Below are positions 10,701 through 17,996 of a DNA stretch of 64,000 nt, one piece after another. The DNA is from Gammaproteobacteria bacterium (lineage in GTDB: Bacteria > Pseudomonadota > Gammaproteobacteria > CBDBNL01 > JAAOII01). Each line of letters opens with the position of its first letter. Position 1 is the first letter of the stretch. The notes under the pieces are model-generated. The model worked only from the letters and a program-made list of their open reading frames with translations, made no database searches and was not told where the DNA came from. Location: NCBI GenBank assembly GCA_965209035.1, contig OZ242372.1:1760001-1824000 (forward strand). Reading direction: 5' to 3'. The translations under genes and the position numbers were made by a program.

Positions 10701-10977
10701 CCATAGCAATAACAACGATGCCGGTGGTGTTGTTGGAAGGGGGAGTGGTGTTGTAACCAATTCCTATTACACTACCTACACTACCCGGAGTACTTTTTCT
10801 ACTTCTTCGCCCGGGCTCCGCACTCTGTCGCAGTTACAGGAAGGAACCGGAAATACTTATGTAGGCTGGAGCAGCCGGGATATTTGGTTCTTCGGCACTA
10901 ATTCCGAACTGCCGATCTTGGTTGGTCTGCCGCTTTGTCCTACGGGTGAGACGAACTGTCGCTTGACTACTCGTTAG
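4798..10977 (+). CDS. Giant (2059 aa) surface lipoprotein/adhesin with cadherin-like repeats and a C-terminal GLUG-type beta-helix region
   Basis: AGGAG at 4785-4789 before the ATG; lipobox LTAC (Cys92); cadherin-like motifs PENSDPGT, LNYE/VDFE/VDYE, IDVNEAP, VLDTNTAP, QNVNEP, FDIDSSTGQVYL; C-terminal YVLTDNIVLTGDWTPIG..FTGNFHGNNFEISGL..YAGLFG followed by repeated AGGLVG. Confidence 0.8.
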   Translation: MYHIHLIISNLIKNYINRVHSIGSSVVNAIANTIRSSTAIKENIKGNIKRNWGKEASAFARWRITQVLPGSLNLRAFGLVSVLCLTSFLTACAVSSGSDAPGSAAPDPDPRVSRSVFSHASYNFVGQGSSLSAGQVLGSVQVDMVTLLARLPEDLNASSIQIEYQLEGSELANAFFGVDSTGKVLFKDEDENSYGREFQLHYVVNVLNVSEFKVVARFSYTNATGELGEGEDEDAEYRVNVKIAAVEREPQITDFVRFDGKTDETVQNQTKTYGLSGTIPENSDPGTLVSGTGNLLTGLGISTVIPDDAEEQGYPGGFTPTIYYQLASAPGDTSCRGRYYVDNQDNRTRVRSEIDEDDALNYEAEGRNNTNTCALQASLNGVAYKNVVTGNLSAEDLENVEELVGAASFGVDASCTNNATAAKDLETCNYYAAVNIDLIDVNEAPELALTDNNNDEANNGITPEGDVGTAVALGGEVISAEGPANVTAADVALATVTYTDVDAADNPARLGMPKLSVSPLLPDADAANNLFYLKPGSGDGEATLMLNSTVLSAVDFETLNKSGYSGYRVTLEVADNRSADLTAEASFMLEVTDVIYKPVLFKYRSARVNTTSGIQNLLPGFAQFIDNGGPILGTVDAIDPESNSSDGIVYNPVTAIGLHLDASGSLGQPALIEGVVRQIAPNFVLSEGRLSLLGLGLRPLPDYASALPAVTLPGNLAYDFTITLNAYNPAAEQNATNGATLAISTKVSYDADSVLGFGGEPAVRFPSGLYAGAVPEGIPGTGNPAPLGVSVLDARQLASGTQTNLTLGAPNFYSLVQQADLLPLIGPLPPEIQQVLGGLFLSDNPSIDLSGTGNFDIDSSTGQVYLAANASLNFGLRPLHTLLVRTAANASVGLESSDYTVVLVTVLDTNTAPEIIDLVPVHADVTVNASDMSVSANIFESVPPGTVLARFTLTDDNPFFPPLTSNLNFRLNGEGAPSFIVHPTGAPVRDETTGTFGTPYQVVLAPPGVDYESTTDLRQTYNFTDDGQYVFDPSISFIPMPLMNASLRALTGRNVALEINAEIQNVNEPIELRVTDSSATPALSVESLSEVSVAEDEAEGTAVAYVHLIDPEGEVNATNVPTDDLMLPDALQGALRLRLVFEDSGPYYQLEVADAAILENAGDGRTFGLTVTVTENATGLVPDPVSVSFDLQITNENQNITGVILDRVSVSEQQALNLDGKNAEMRTLVAGLFNLTDIHPDYDETFPGTSIRLVDLSAAVRSINYTTDVADALEQEENFGLFELSVADDDAGTVSLLLKEGKLIDRALIGNSLTLNLEAFDPNGELAAGILSTVVDRLPVTVDPTDPDEIIFGDARNTDPRTPAVYTFEYTQSNYAEVVAGVTSCDGRDAVAANLTENIAIDGNCYPTIEIEASGEDRRYVVERDRSNQSYYEGSDDLAAVLRADETPGSFGVILTDADVNVSNLGVYQLNATGVLEDAADAFGKYFTLVANNSYAVNASGSDARPALVISQNVLAELNSSALPSGDEYLSLDTLDLNMENQMRTLSYFVVAGAEGTDGNNASRRAIAQINFEVNEPANARPRIIELNVTAAGLNEPAFSPVSAGTASRTYTVDLRNVDIAPPDRGCDSSSTPAEFASYTPICTEDNFTYVRENPSDNYVLTDNIVLTGDWTPIGDGDVPFTGNFHGNNFEISGLQVSEQEYAGLFGYINGSESDRVEISNLRIVAHSIVADNLGSAYAGVLAGRSDNSNINFVSVNLSHAEGMPDQLLLNASAIFTGTADAFAGGLIGSTANSNISQSYAYVAGNLIASSQGATSGEIDVRAGGLVGLLTGGSVDHSYVVVEGNILVEQIRTTGDDKIFGFVGGLIGQAAGGMVSTSYALVSGRVSARDVTGATDQRYVLSSGGLMGRLTDSGSGVINSYAIVEDGVYLSINDNARARGDAGGLVAVADVGTNIMNSYAFVPTISGAHSNNNDAGGVVGRGSGVVTNSYYTTYTTRSTFSTSSPGLRTLSQLQEGTGNTYVGWSSRDIWFFGTNSELPILVGLPLCPTGETNCRLTTR

Positions 10978-10989
10978 AAATATGTCGTT

Positions 10990-11045
10990 CCCTGTTTCTC
11001 GAGAACAATAACAATCAATCGTTTGTTGTTTTCCGAGAAACGGGG
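10990..11045 (+). terminator. Long imperfect hairpin after the adhesin gene (probable terminator or RNA stabiliser)
   Basis: CCCTGTTTCTCG-AGAACAATAAC...GTTTGTTGTTTTC-CGAGAAACGGGG, 13 bp after the stop codon. The U-tract is short. Confidence 0.5.
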
Positions 11046-11335
11046 TTTGGCATAATAAATAAACGAATTCAAAGAAAGAAACTTTCTGATTCTGACTTGG
11101 TCCCTAGCCTGCGGACAGATAAAAGAACTTTACATATTCTTAAACTCGTCACAAGGGTATTCGTTATTAAAGATGAACTCTTTTTGTCGAATGAATTCTA
11201 ACCCGGATATTCACATGCCGGCAGTGCAATCAATACAACCCGGGCAAATATTGCGGGATGCTTTTTTACCGTTCGGGAGGATAGCCCCCGGAATCTCCCG
11301 GATTCTTACGATAGTTTCTTAAGATAGTCTCGGTC

Positions 11336-11989
11336 TTGCGAAGTTTTTCCGCCCACGAGGGGTTGGCTGTTCCATTAATGTTGCCTAATCTGGATACGGA
11401 TCGTGTCATCCCCAAACAGTTTCTTAAGTCCGTGCGGCGCAGTGGCTTTGGTGTTAATCTGTTTGACGAAATGCGTTATCACGACAGGGGCGTTTTGTAT
11501 CAAAAACCGGAAGAGCGGGTTCCGCGGGCGGAGTTTGTTTTGAACAAAAAGCGTTATGCCGGGGCAAGTATTCTGATTGCGGGTGCGAACTTTGGTTGCG
11601 GTTCCAGTCGCGAACATGCGGTATGGGCGTTGGACGATTTCGGCATCCGGGTCATTATTGCCCCGAGTTTTGCGGATATCTTTATCGGTAATTGCGGTAA
11701 AAACGGCTTGTTATGTATTGCGATGGATGCTTCGGTTGTCAACCGATTTGCCGATGCCTGCGAGAAGGATGGCGGGCTGCGTTTGGATGTTGATCTGGCT
11801 GCCCAAAAAATCCGCACCAATACCGGCGAAATCTTTGCGTTTGATACGGATCCTCTCTATAAGAAGACTCTCCTTAACGGACTGGACGACATCGGGTTGA
11901 GTCTGCAAGAGTCCGCGGCTATTCGCACATACGAAGGCAAACTGCTGCAAGAGTATCCTTGGTTGAAGTTGGATTCCGGCAGTCGTTGA
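11336..11989 (+). CDS. leuD: 3-isopropylmalate dehydratase small subunit
   Basis: NLDTDRVIPKQFL, NFGCGSSREHA, LLNGLDDIG; TTG start. Confidence 0.96.
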   Translation: MRSFSAHEGLAVPLMLPNLDTDRVIPKQFLKSVRRSGFGVNLFDEMRYHDRGVLYQKPEERVPRAEFVLNKKRYAGASILIAGANFGCGSSREHAVWALDDFGIRVIIAPSFADIFIGNCGKNGLLCIAMDASVVNRFADACEKDGGLRLDVDLAAQKIRTNTGEIFAFDTDPLYKKTLLNGLDDIGLSLQESAAIRTYEGKLLQEYPWLKLDSGSR

Positions 11990-12095
11990 TGTCGGTTTGG
12001 GGACCGGTTGAGATCTCACCGGCCAATTAAATAAATAATCCGGGTAATCGTCACTTTTTTATCAATGCCACATAAATATTTTATAAGCATCTCAT

Positions 12096-13214
12096 ATGTC
12101 CGATAACATACCTTCTTTCAAAATTCTTGTTCTGCCCGGCGACGGCATAGGTCCGGAGGTCATCGCGCCGGCATTGCGTATTCTCAAACTCACCGCCCGC
12201 AAGTTTAATCTGCAACTCACCTGCACGGAAGGGCGGGTGGGTGGCAGTGCCCTGGATGCGACAAACACCCCATTGCCGAAAGAAACACTTAACCGGGCTT
12301 TGGCGTCGGATGCGATCCTGATGGGGGCAGTCGGCGGTCCCAAGTGGGATACCCTGCTGCCGGCGGAACGCCCCGAAGCGGCCCTGTTGCAACTGCGCGG
12401 CAGGTTGCAATTGTTTGCGAACTTGCGTCCGTTGGTTCTGCAATCGGCATTGACGGACGCGTCTCCCTTAAAGAACGAGGTGGTGGCGGGGACAGACATT
12501 CTTTTGGTGCGCGAGCTCACCGGCGGTCTTTATTTTGGTGAACCGCGCGGCTTGAAGAAACTGCAAAACGGAGACGAAGAGGCGTGGAATACGATGCGTT
12601 ACAACACCTCCGAGATCAAGCGCCTTGTCCGCAAGGCATGCGAGTATGCCGGTATGAGGAAGAGAAAACTTTGTTTGGCGGACAAGGCGAATGTGCTGGA
12701 GGCATCGCAACTTTGGCGACGGGTAACCGAAGAGGTTGTGGCGGACTATAACAAAACACATCCCGCCATTGAGTTAACGAAAATGTATGCGGATAATGCG
12801 GCCATGCAACTTGTCGCCAATCCGCGTCAATTTGATGTGCTGGTGACGGAGAACTTATTTGGTGATATTCTCTCGGATATCGGCGCCCAATTAACGGGTT
12901 CCATTGGCCTGCTTCCTTCGGCATCTTTGGGCGAAGGCAACAGGGGCCTTTATGAACCGGTTCACGGCAGTGCGCCGGATATTGCCGGTGAGGACATTGC
13001 AAACCCGTGTGCGGCTGTTTTGTGTGTGGCGATGCTATTGCGGCATTCGTTGCATTGTCCCCGGGGCGCGGATTTGATTGAGCGGGCTGTGGAAGACTGT
13101 TTGAAAGAGGGTATGCGCACCGCCGATTTGGCACCCGCCGGAACACAGGCGACGGGCTGTGTCGAAGCCGGCATGCGGATAGAAACCCGCTTGAAGAGCA
13201 TTGCGGGTGCTTGA
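12096..13214 (+). CDS. leuB: 3-isopropylmalate dehydrogenase
   Basis: LPGDGIGPEV, VRELTGGLYFG, NLFGDILSD, EPVHGSAPDIAG. Confidence 0.97.
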   Translation: MSDNIPSFKILVLPGDGIGPEVIAPALRILKLTARKFNLQLTCTEGRVGGSALDATNTPLPKETLNRALASDAILMGAVGGPKWDTLLPAERPEAALLQLRGRLQLFANLRPLVLQSALTDASPLKNEVVAGTDILLVRELTGGLYFGEPRGLKKLQNGDEEAWNTMRYNTSEIKRLVRKACEYAGMRKRKLCLADKANVLEASQLWRRVTEEVVADYNKTHPAIELTKMYADNAAMQLVANPRQFDVLVTENLFGDILSDIGAQLTGSIGLLPSASLGEGNRGLYEPVHGSAPDIAGEDIANPCAAVLCVAMLLRHSLHCPRGADLIERAVEDCLKEGMRTADLAPAGTQATGCVEAGMRIETRLKSIAGA

Positions 13215-13347
13215 CAGGGCTGGTTCGGGGCAAGTTGGAAGTTTGGGAGTTTGGAATCTTCGTTCAATCTTTGCCGATCAAACTTGGCGGATTAAACTCG
13301 GTATAATATCCTAGTAGGTTAATTCATAAAAGAATAAAAAATCAACG

Positions 13348-14373
13348 ATGAAATACGATGTTGCGATTGTCGGAGCGACTGGTGCGGTTGGAGAAATCAT
13401 CTCACAGATTCTGCATGAGCGCAAGTTTCCGGTCGGCAAGATGTATGCGCTGGCGAGCAAGAGATCCTTGGGGCGCACCCTGACTTTTGGCAGAAACTCC
13501 GTGGCGGTGATGAACTTGGAAGAGTTTGATTTTTCCCTGTGCCGGCTGGCATTTTTTTCGGCGGGTTCTTCGGTTTCGGAACGCTATGTGCCGATTGCCG
13601 CCGAAGCGGGCTGTCTGGTCATTGACAATACTTCCTTTTTTCGGTATAAAAATGATGTCCCTTTAATTGTGCGCGAGGTTAATCCGCACAAAATGCATGC
13701 CGGCAGCGGCAGAATTATTGCCAACCCGAATTGTTCCACAATGCAATTGTTGGTGGCGATCAAGCCGATTGCGGATGCGGTCGGCATAGAAAGAATGAAT
13801 GTTGCCACCTACCAAGCGGTTTCCGGTATGGGCAAACTTGCGTTGAACAAACTTTCGGAACAAACCCTGAATATGATTAAGATGCAAGAGATTGCGGAGA
13901 GCGACTATGCTCCGTTTACCAAGCAGATGGCATTTAATGTGATTCCGCATATAGACAAGTTTGAGGACAACGGCTATACGCGCGAAGAAATGAAGATCCT
14001 TTGGGAGACCCGCAAGATCCTTGATAACGATGAAATAAGAGTCAACGCGACCTGTGTGCGAGTGCCGGTATTTTACGGCCACAGTTTGGCGGTGAACTTG
14101 GAACTTAAGCGACATATTAGCGTGCAAGATGCTCGTCATCTTTTGGCTGACCATGATGCAATTCGGGTAATGGATACGCGCAAAGACGGCGGTTATCCCA
14201 CCCCCATCGGTGAGGGCAGCGGCAAGGACCCCGTTTATGTCGGCAGAATACGCGAGGACATTTCGCATCCGCGCGGTCTGAATCTTTGGATTGTTGCGGA
14301 CAATCTGCGTAAAGGAGCAGCGTTGAATTCCGTGCAGCTGGCGGAGTTGGCGCTAGAAAAAGGATGTCTGTAA
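13348..14373 (+). CDS. asd: Aspartate-semialdehyde dehydrogenase
   Basis: GATGAVG, IIANPNCST, DNLRKGAALN. Confidence 0.97.
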   Translation: MKYDVAIVGATGAVGEIISQILHERKFPVGKMYALASKRSLGRTLTFGRNSVAVMNLEEFDFSLCRLAFFSAGSSVSERYVPIAAEAGCLVIDNTSFFRYKNDVPLIVREVNPHKMHAGSGRIIANPNCSTMQLLVAIKPIADAVGIERMNVATYQAVSGMGKLALNKLSEQTLNMIKMQEIAESDYAPFTKQMAFNVIPHIDKFEDNGYTREEMKILWETRKILDNDEIRVNATCVRVPVFYGHSLAVNLELKRHISVQDARHLLADHDAIRVMDTRKDGGYPTPIGEGSGKDPVYVGRIREDISHPRGLNLWIVADNLRKGAALNSVQLAELALEKGCL

Positions 14374-15890
14374 GAAGCAAGTTCATACTGCCGGCGGGTA
14401 TTTTGTTGTTGCTCGTTCCAATCCTTTACGCGCAGCCGCAGGTTTCCGAGTTACGCATTACCGGGCGCGGCGATGCAGTGCGCGCGCTCACCGATTTGAC
14501 AGACACCAAATCCTTGTCGCATAAAAAAATTGAAGTCGCAATCGCCGGACCGGAAGCTTATCGGGAAAGACAATTGCAATATGGTAACCTGATTGAGGAT
14601 CTCAGGGTTGAATATAGGCGCGTGAATTCCAAAAAAGGAGAGATTACCATATTTTTCCCCTATGAGCCGGTAGATGATACGGACCTCTTGTTGCGGATTA
14701 AGTTACCCGATACAGTTCTTTTGTATCATTGGCCGATTAACATGGCAACAATCCGGAGCCTGAACGCCGGCAATGACGGAGCTGTAGTGCGGATTCGGGC
14801 TGCCGAAGCGAGCGGCGGGGCAGGCACAGACGGCGGGAGGGAGGGAGAGACAACTGCCGACGACCCGGACGGGCTCAGAGTGGATACTGTCCGCGGAGAT
14901 ACTTGGCACAATTTGGCAAACACAGTGCGACAGGCCTACTTGCGCCGGGAGAATGTGAATACCGAACAGGTGATGTTGGCATTGCGTGTCAAGAATCCCG
15001 ATGCCTTTGTGAACGATGCGATTTTAAGGGTGGGGGTCTCCTTGGCTCTTCCGGCTTACTATGAAATTCGTGCCCGTAACGGTGAGGATGCCAGACAGGC
15101 GGTGCGTCGCCTGTTGGCAAGACGGACGGCATCACGGCCGCGCTTGGAATTGGCATCGCCGAAAGATAAAAGTCCGGGCGGTGTTGCCGCATCCTCCGAA
15201 GAAGAAAAAGACGCTTCCAAAAGAGAAGTAGCGGAAACCGCGCAAAGATTGGATGCGGTCAACGAACAATTGGAGCAGGTAGAAAAACTGATTGTTCTTA
15301 AAGAGAAGAAACTGGAAGAGATTGAACGGGTCGCGACCGAAGAAAACGCGGAAGACCCGGAAGACCCGAATGCTTTCACATGGGCGGAGGAATCAAAACG
15401 GATATTGGAACTTTTACTCGCCCGGGCGGAACAATTAAGAACTTTAATTCTTGCCAATCCGTTATTCTGGATTCTTGTTTTCTTGGGGCTGGCGGCTTGT
15501 CCGGTTTTCTTATTTTACTTTTGGCGTTGGTTGTGGCGGCACCATCGGTCGCCGCACGGCCGCGCAGCCATCATGAGAAACTTGCGACGCAGCGGCGATG
15601 CGAGCGAGGACAGAACATTATTTGATGCGCGACCGACCGCTTCTTCGGACGAACCGGCCGAAGAACACATCCGGTCGGTGCGGCAAGATCGCAAAAGTTC
15701 GGCACAACCCGCGGAGCGAATACAAGACGATCTGGTCAATGCCAACTTGGACTTGGCGAGGGCTTACATTAATATGGGCGAAAGTAAAAAAGCACGCGCC
15801 CTGTTAGAAAATGTTGCGGCCGATGGAACCGCTGCGGAAAAGTCGCGGGCGGAAGATCTTCTAAAAACGATTAAAAGCGAATCACACTGA
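14364..15890 (+). CDS. fimV: FimV/HubP-like polar landmark protein (short, divergent)
   Basis: Signal peptide; LysM-like segment (RGDTWHNLA...QVMLALRVKNPDAF); coiled coil; one TM helix; C-terminal NLDLARAYINMGESKKARALL; follows asd as in other proteobacteria. Confidence 0.8.
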   Translation: MSVRSKFILPAGILLLLVPILYAQPQVSELRITGRGDAVRALTDLTDTKSLSHKKIEVAIAGPEAYRERQLQYGNLIEDLRVEYRRVNSKKGEITIFFPYEPVDDTDLLLRIKLPDTVLLYHWPINMATIRSLNAGNDGAVVRIRAAEASGGAGTDGGREGETTADDPDGLRVDTVRGDTWHNLANTVRQAYLRRENVNTEQVMLALRVKNPDAFVNDAILRVGVSLALPAYYEIRARNGEDARQAVRRLLARRTASRPRLELASPKDKSPGGVAASSEEEKDASKREVAETAQRLDAVNEQLEQVEKLIVLKEKKLEEIERVATEENAEDPEDPNAFTWAEESKRILELLLARAEQLRTLILANPLFWILVFLGLAACPVFLFYFWRWLWRHHRSPHGRAAIMRNLRRSGDASEDRTLFDARPTASSDEPAEEHIRSVRQDRKSSAQPAERIQDDLVNANLDLARAYINMGESKKARALLENVAADGTAAEKSRAEDLLKTIKSESH

Positions 15891-16176
15891 AAATATAAAA
15901 TCTCTTGCGATCATGGCATAAGAGCGGATCCTCTTTTGCCATATCGTGCTCACCTTGTTTTACCGCGTTTGTCCGGGACAAATGTTGCGGTAAAAGTGTT
16001 CAATCCGTATCTGCCACCCCGTCTATATCCCGCCCATCTGTCAGATCCCGCCCGCCCGCCAATCATTCCAAAGGCCTTTTTGTTGGTATTATTTTTGCGG
16101 CTCATTTCCTGCCCAATTCTTGCATAGAGAACCTCATCCCTTCCAATAAGATTAAAGAATTGCTATTTCAAAATAT

Positions 16177-16221
16177 TGGGGTTTTTTGGTAAAAAAAGAA
16201 AAAAAATGGTATAATTTGGGT
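16177..16221 (+). promoter_or_regulatory. dcw promoter: extended -10 overlapped by putative MraZ-binding repeats
   Basis: TGGGG/TGGTA/TGGTA/TGGGT at 16177, 16187, 16207 and 16217 (10-bp phasing, like the E. coli TGGGN MraZ boxes); TGGTATAAT extended -10 at 16207-16215. Confidence 0.6.
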
Positions 16222-16260
16222 TAATGATGTTAATAACTTATTTTCTGTGATACCCGCGTA

Positions 16261-16728
16261 ATGGTCAGTTTTTTTGGTCGGTTTCGAGTGAGTATGGATG
16301 CCCAGCACCGATTGATGATCCCGGTTCGCTTGCGCGAAGGCTTGGTCGGCGAGAATTCCGGCTTTTATGTTTCTCCCGGCTTGGAAGAACGCAGTCGGTA
16401 TCTGATCGCCTACAGTCAATCTTTCTGGGTGCGCATCACGACTCAATTTAAGGAATTTCGTAATCTGAAAGACGGCATATCCGCCGAACGCACACTAAAA
16501 AAACACTTTTTTGGCAGAACACATTCGTTGGATATGGATGCCAATGGTCGCATTCTCTTGACAAAAGACCTGTGTGATTATGCGAATCTGAAGAGCAAGG
16601 TCCTGCTGGTTGGCATGCAAGACTTTGTTGAGATTTGGGCGGAAGAGAGCTGGCAGGACACAAGCAAAGCGGATGAAGTTCACAAGGTGGTGGAAAATGG
16701 GGCCAAGCAAGGAATTTGGCTGTATTGA
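16261..16728 (+). CDS. mraZ: Transcriptional regulator MraZ
   Basis: Two DxxxR motifs (MDAQHRL, MDANGRI), VGMQDFVEIW; first gene of the dcw cluster. Confidence 0.92.
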   Translation: MVSFFGRFRVSMDAQHRLMIPVRLREGLVGENSGFYVSPGLEERSRYLIAYSQSFWVRITTQFKEFRNLKDGISAERTLKKHFFGRTHSLDMDANGRILLTKDLCDYANLKSKVLLVGMQDFVEIWAEESWQDTSKADEVHKVVENGAKQGIWLY

Positions 16729-16830
16729 GCGGGTATTACGGGGCGGTGATCCGAGAAGGACAATTCATAGCAACAGGGGCCAATCAAGACAATCAAGGCG
16801 TCACAATCACAAACACGAATGCTTACCGGG

Positions 16831-17739
16831 ATGACCGAAGAACAAACGCATGCCATTCATAAACCGATTATGGTTACGGAATCTATGAACGCGCTCTTGA
16901 CAGCCGAAGACGGATGTTACTTGGACGCCACATTTGGCGACGGCGGCCATACGCTTGCAATGCTGCGCGGGATGGGAGAAGCCGCCCGGGTGTTTGCCTC
17001 GGACAGAGATGCCGCGGCGGTGGCAAGAGGGAAATCGCTCTATGCGGCCGAGAAACGCCTTGAGATCAGACACCTGCGTTTTTCACAACTGGCGGAAGAA
17101 CCCGCATATCGGCACGGACAAATGACAGGAATGATGATGGATCTGGGTGTTTCTTCGCGACAACTGGAAACACCGGAAAGAGGATTCAGCATTCGGCGCG
17201 CAGGTCCCATTGATATGCGGATGGATCAAAGTTCCGGCAAGCCTGTCGGCGAGCTGCTTGCCCGAATGAACGCGAGAGAATTGAGTGGGATTTTGGCGGA
17301 ATACGGCGAGGAGCCGCGTGCCGGACGGATTGCGGATGCCGTTCTTGCCCGGGCCGGAGCACGGGCGGCGGTGCGGACCGGAGGCCTGCGGACAACCCGT
17401 GATCTGGCAAGAGTTGTGGAATCTGTTATGCCATCCTATCGGCGGCAACACAAAATTCATCCGGCGACGCGTGTGTTTGCCGCCTTGCGTATTTTTGTTA
17501 ATCAAGAGTTGGAAGAATTAAAGAAAGGGTTGGCGGCGGCGGCGCGCTTGCTGGCGCCGGGTGGTGTCTTGGCTGTCATAGGATTTCATTCTTTGGAACA
17601 CCGCATCATCAAAGATTTTTTGCGAGGTCATGCCGAAATGGTATCGCTGGGCAAGCAGAAGCCGAGTCGCGCCGAGGTAGACGCGAATCCCCGTGCCCGA
17701 GGCGCTATCCTGCGTTTAATCGGAAAGAGAGAGCAATGA
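16831..17739 (+). CDS. rsmH: 16S rRNA m4C1402 methyltransferase
   Basis: DATFGDGGH, DLGVSSRQL, HPATRVFAALRIFVNQE, FHSLE. Start at 16819 or 16831. Confidence 0.96.
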   Translation: MTEEQTHAIHKPIMVTESMNALLTAEDGCYLDATFGDGGHTLAMLRGMGEAARVFASDRDAAAVARGKSLYAAEKRLEIRHLRFSQLAEEPAYRHGQMTGMMMDLGVSSRQLETPERGFSIRRAGPIDMRMDQSSGKPVGELLARMNARELSGILAEYGEEPRAGRIADAVLARAGARAAVRTGGLRTTRDLARVVESVMPSYRRQHKIHPATRVFAALRIFVNQELEELKKGLAAAARLLAPGGVLAVIGFHSLEHRIIKDFLRGHAEMVSLGKQKPSRAEVDANPRARGAILRLIGKREQ

Positions 17740-17996
17740 GAATCCTTTCCAATTATTTTTTCCCGTTGCTGTTTGTCACACTATTAAGTTTCTTTGGAAA
17801 GATATGGTATGTTCAGAGTTTTCGCGCAACAGTGACAGAGTTTTATGTGCTGGACGCCCGGCTGGAGACCTTGCATATGGAAAACACGCAACTGATCTTG
17901 GATAAAAGTTTGTTGTTAAGAACCGACAGGTTGGCGGACTACGGAAGGAAGAAACTGAAGTTAGTCCGTGCGGTAAGGTTGAAAAACATTAAATGA
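17736..17996 (+). CDS. ftsL: Cell division protein FtsL (divergent)
   Basis: 86 aa, single TM helix followed by a leucine-heptad region; lies between rsmH and ftsI with overlapping stop/start codons. Confidence 0.75.
   Translation: MRILSNYFFPLLFVTLLSFFGKIWYVQSFRATVTEFYVLDARLETLHMENTQLILDKSLLLRTDRLADYGRKKLKLVRAVRLKNIK

Noticed and set aside
15891-16260. RNase P RNA (often upstream of mraZ)
   Set aside because: The GAGGAAAGTCC and ACAGAA.CCGGCTTA signatures were not found on either strand.
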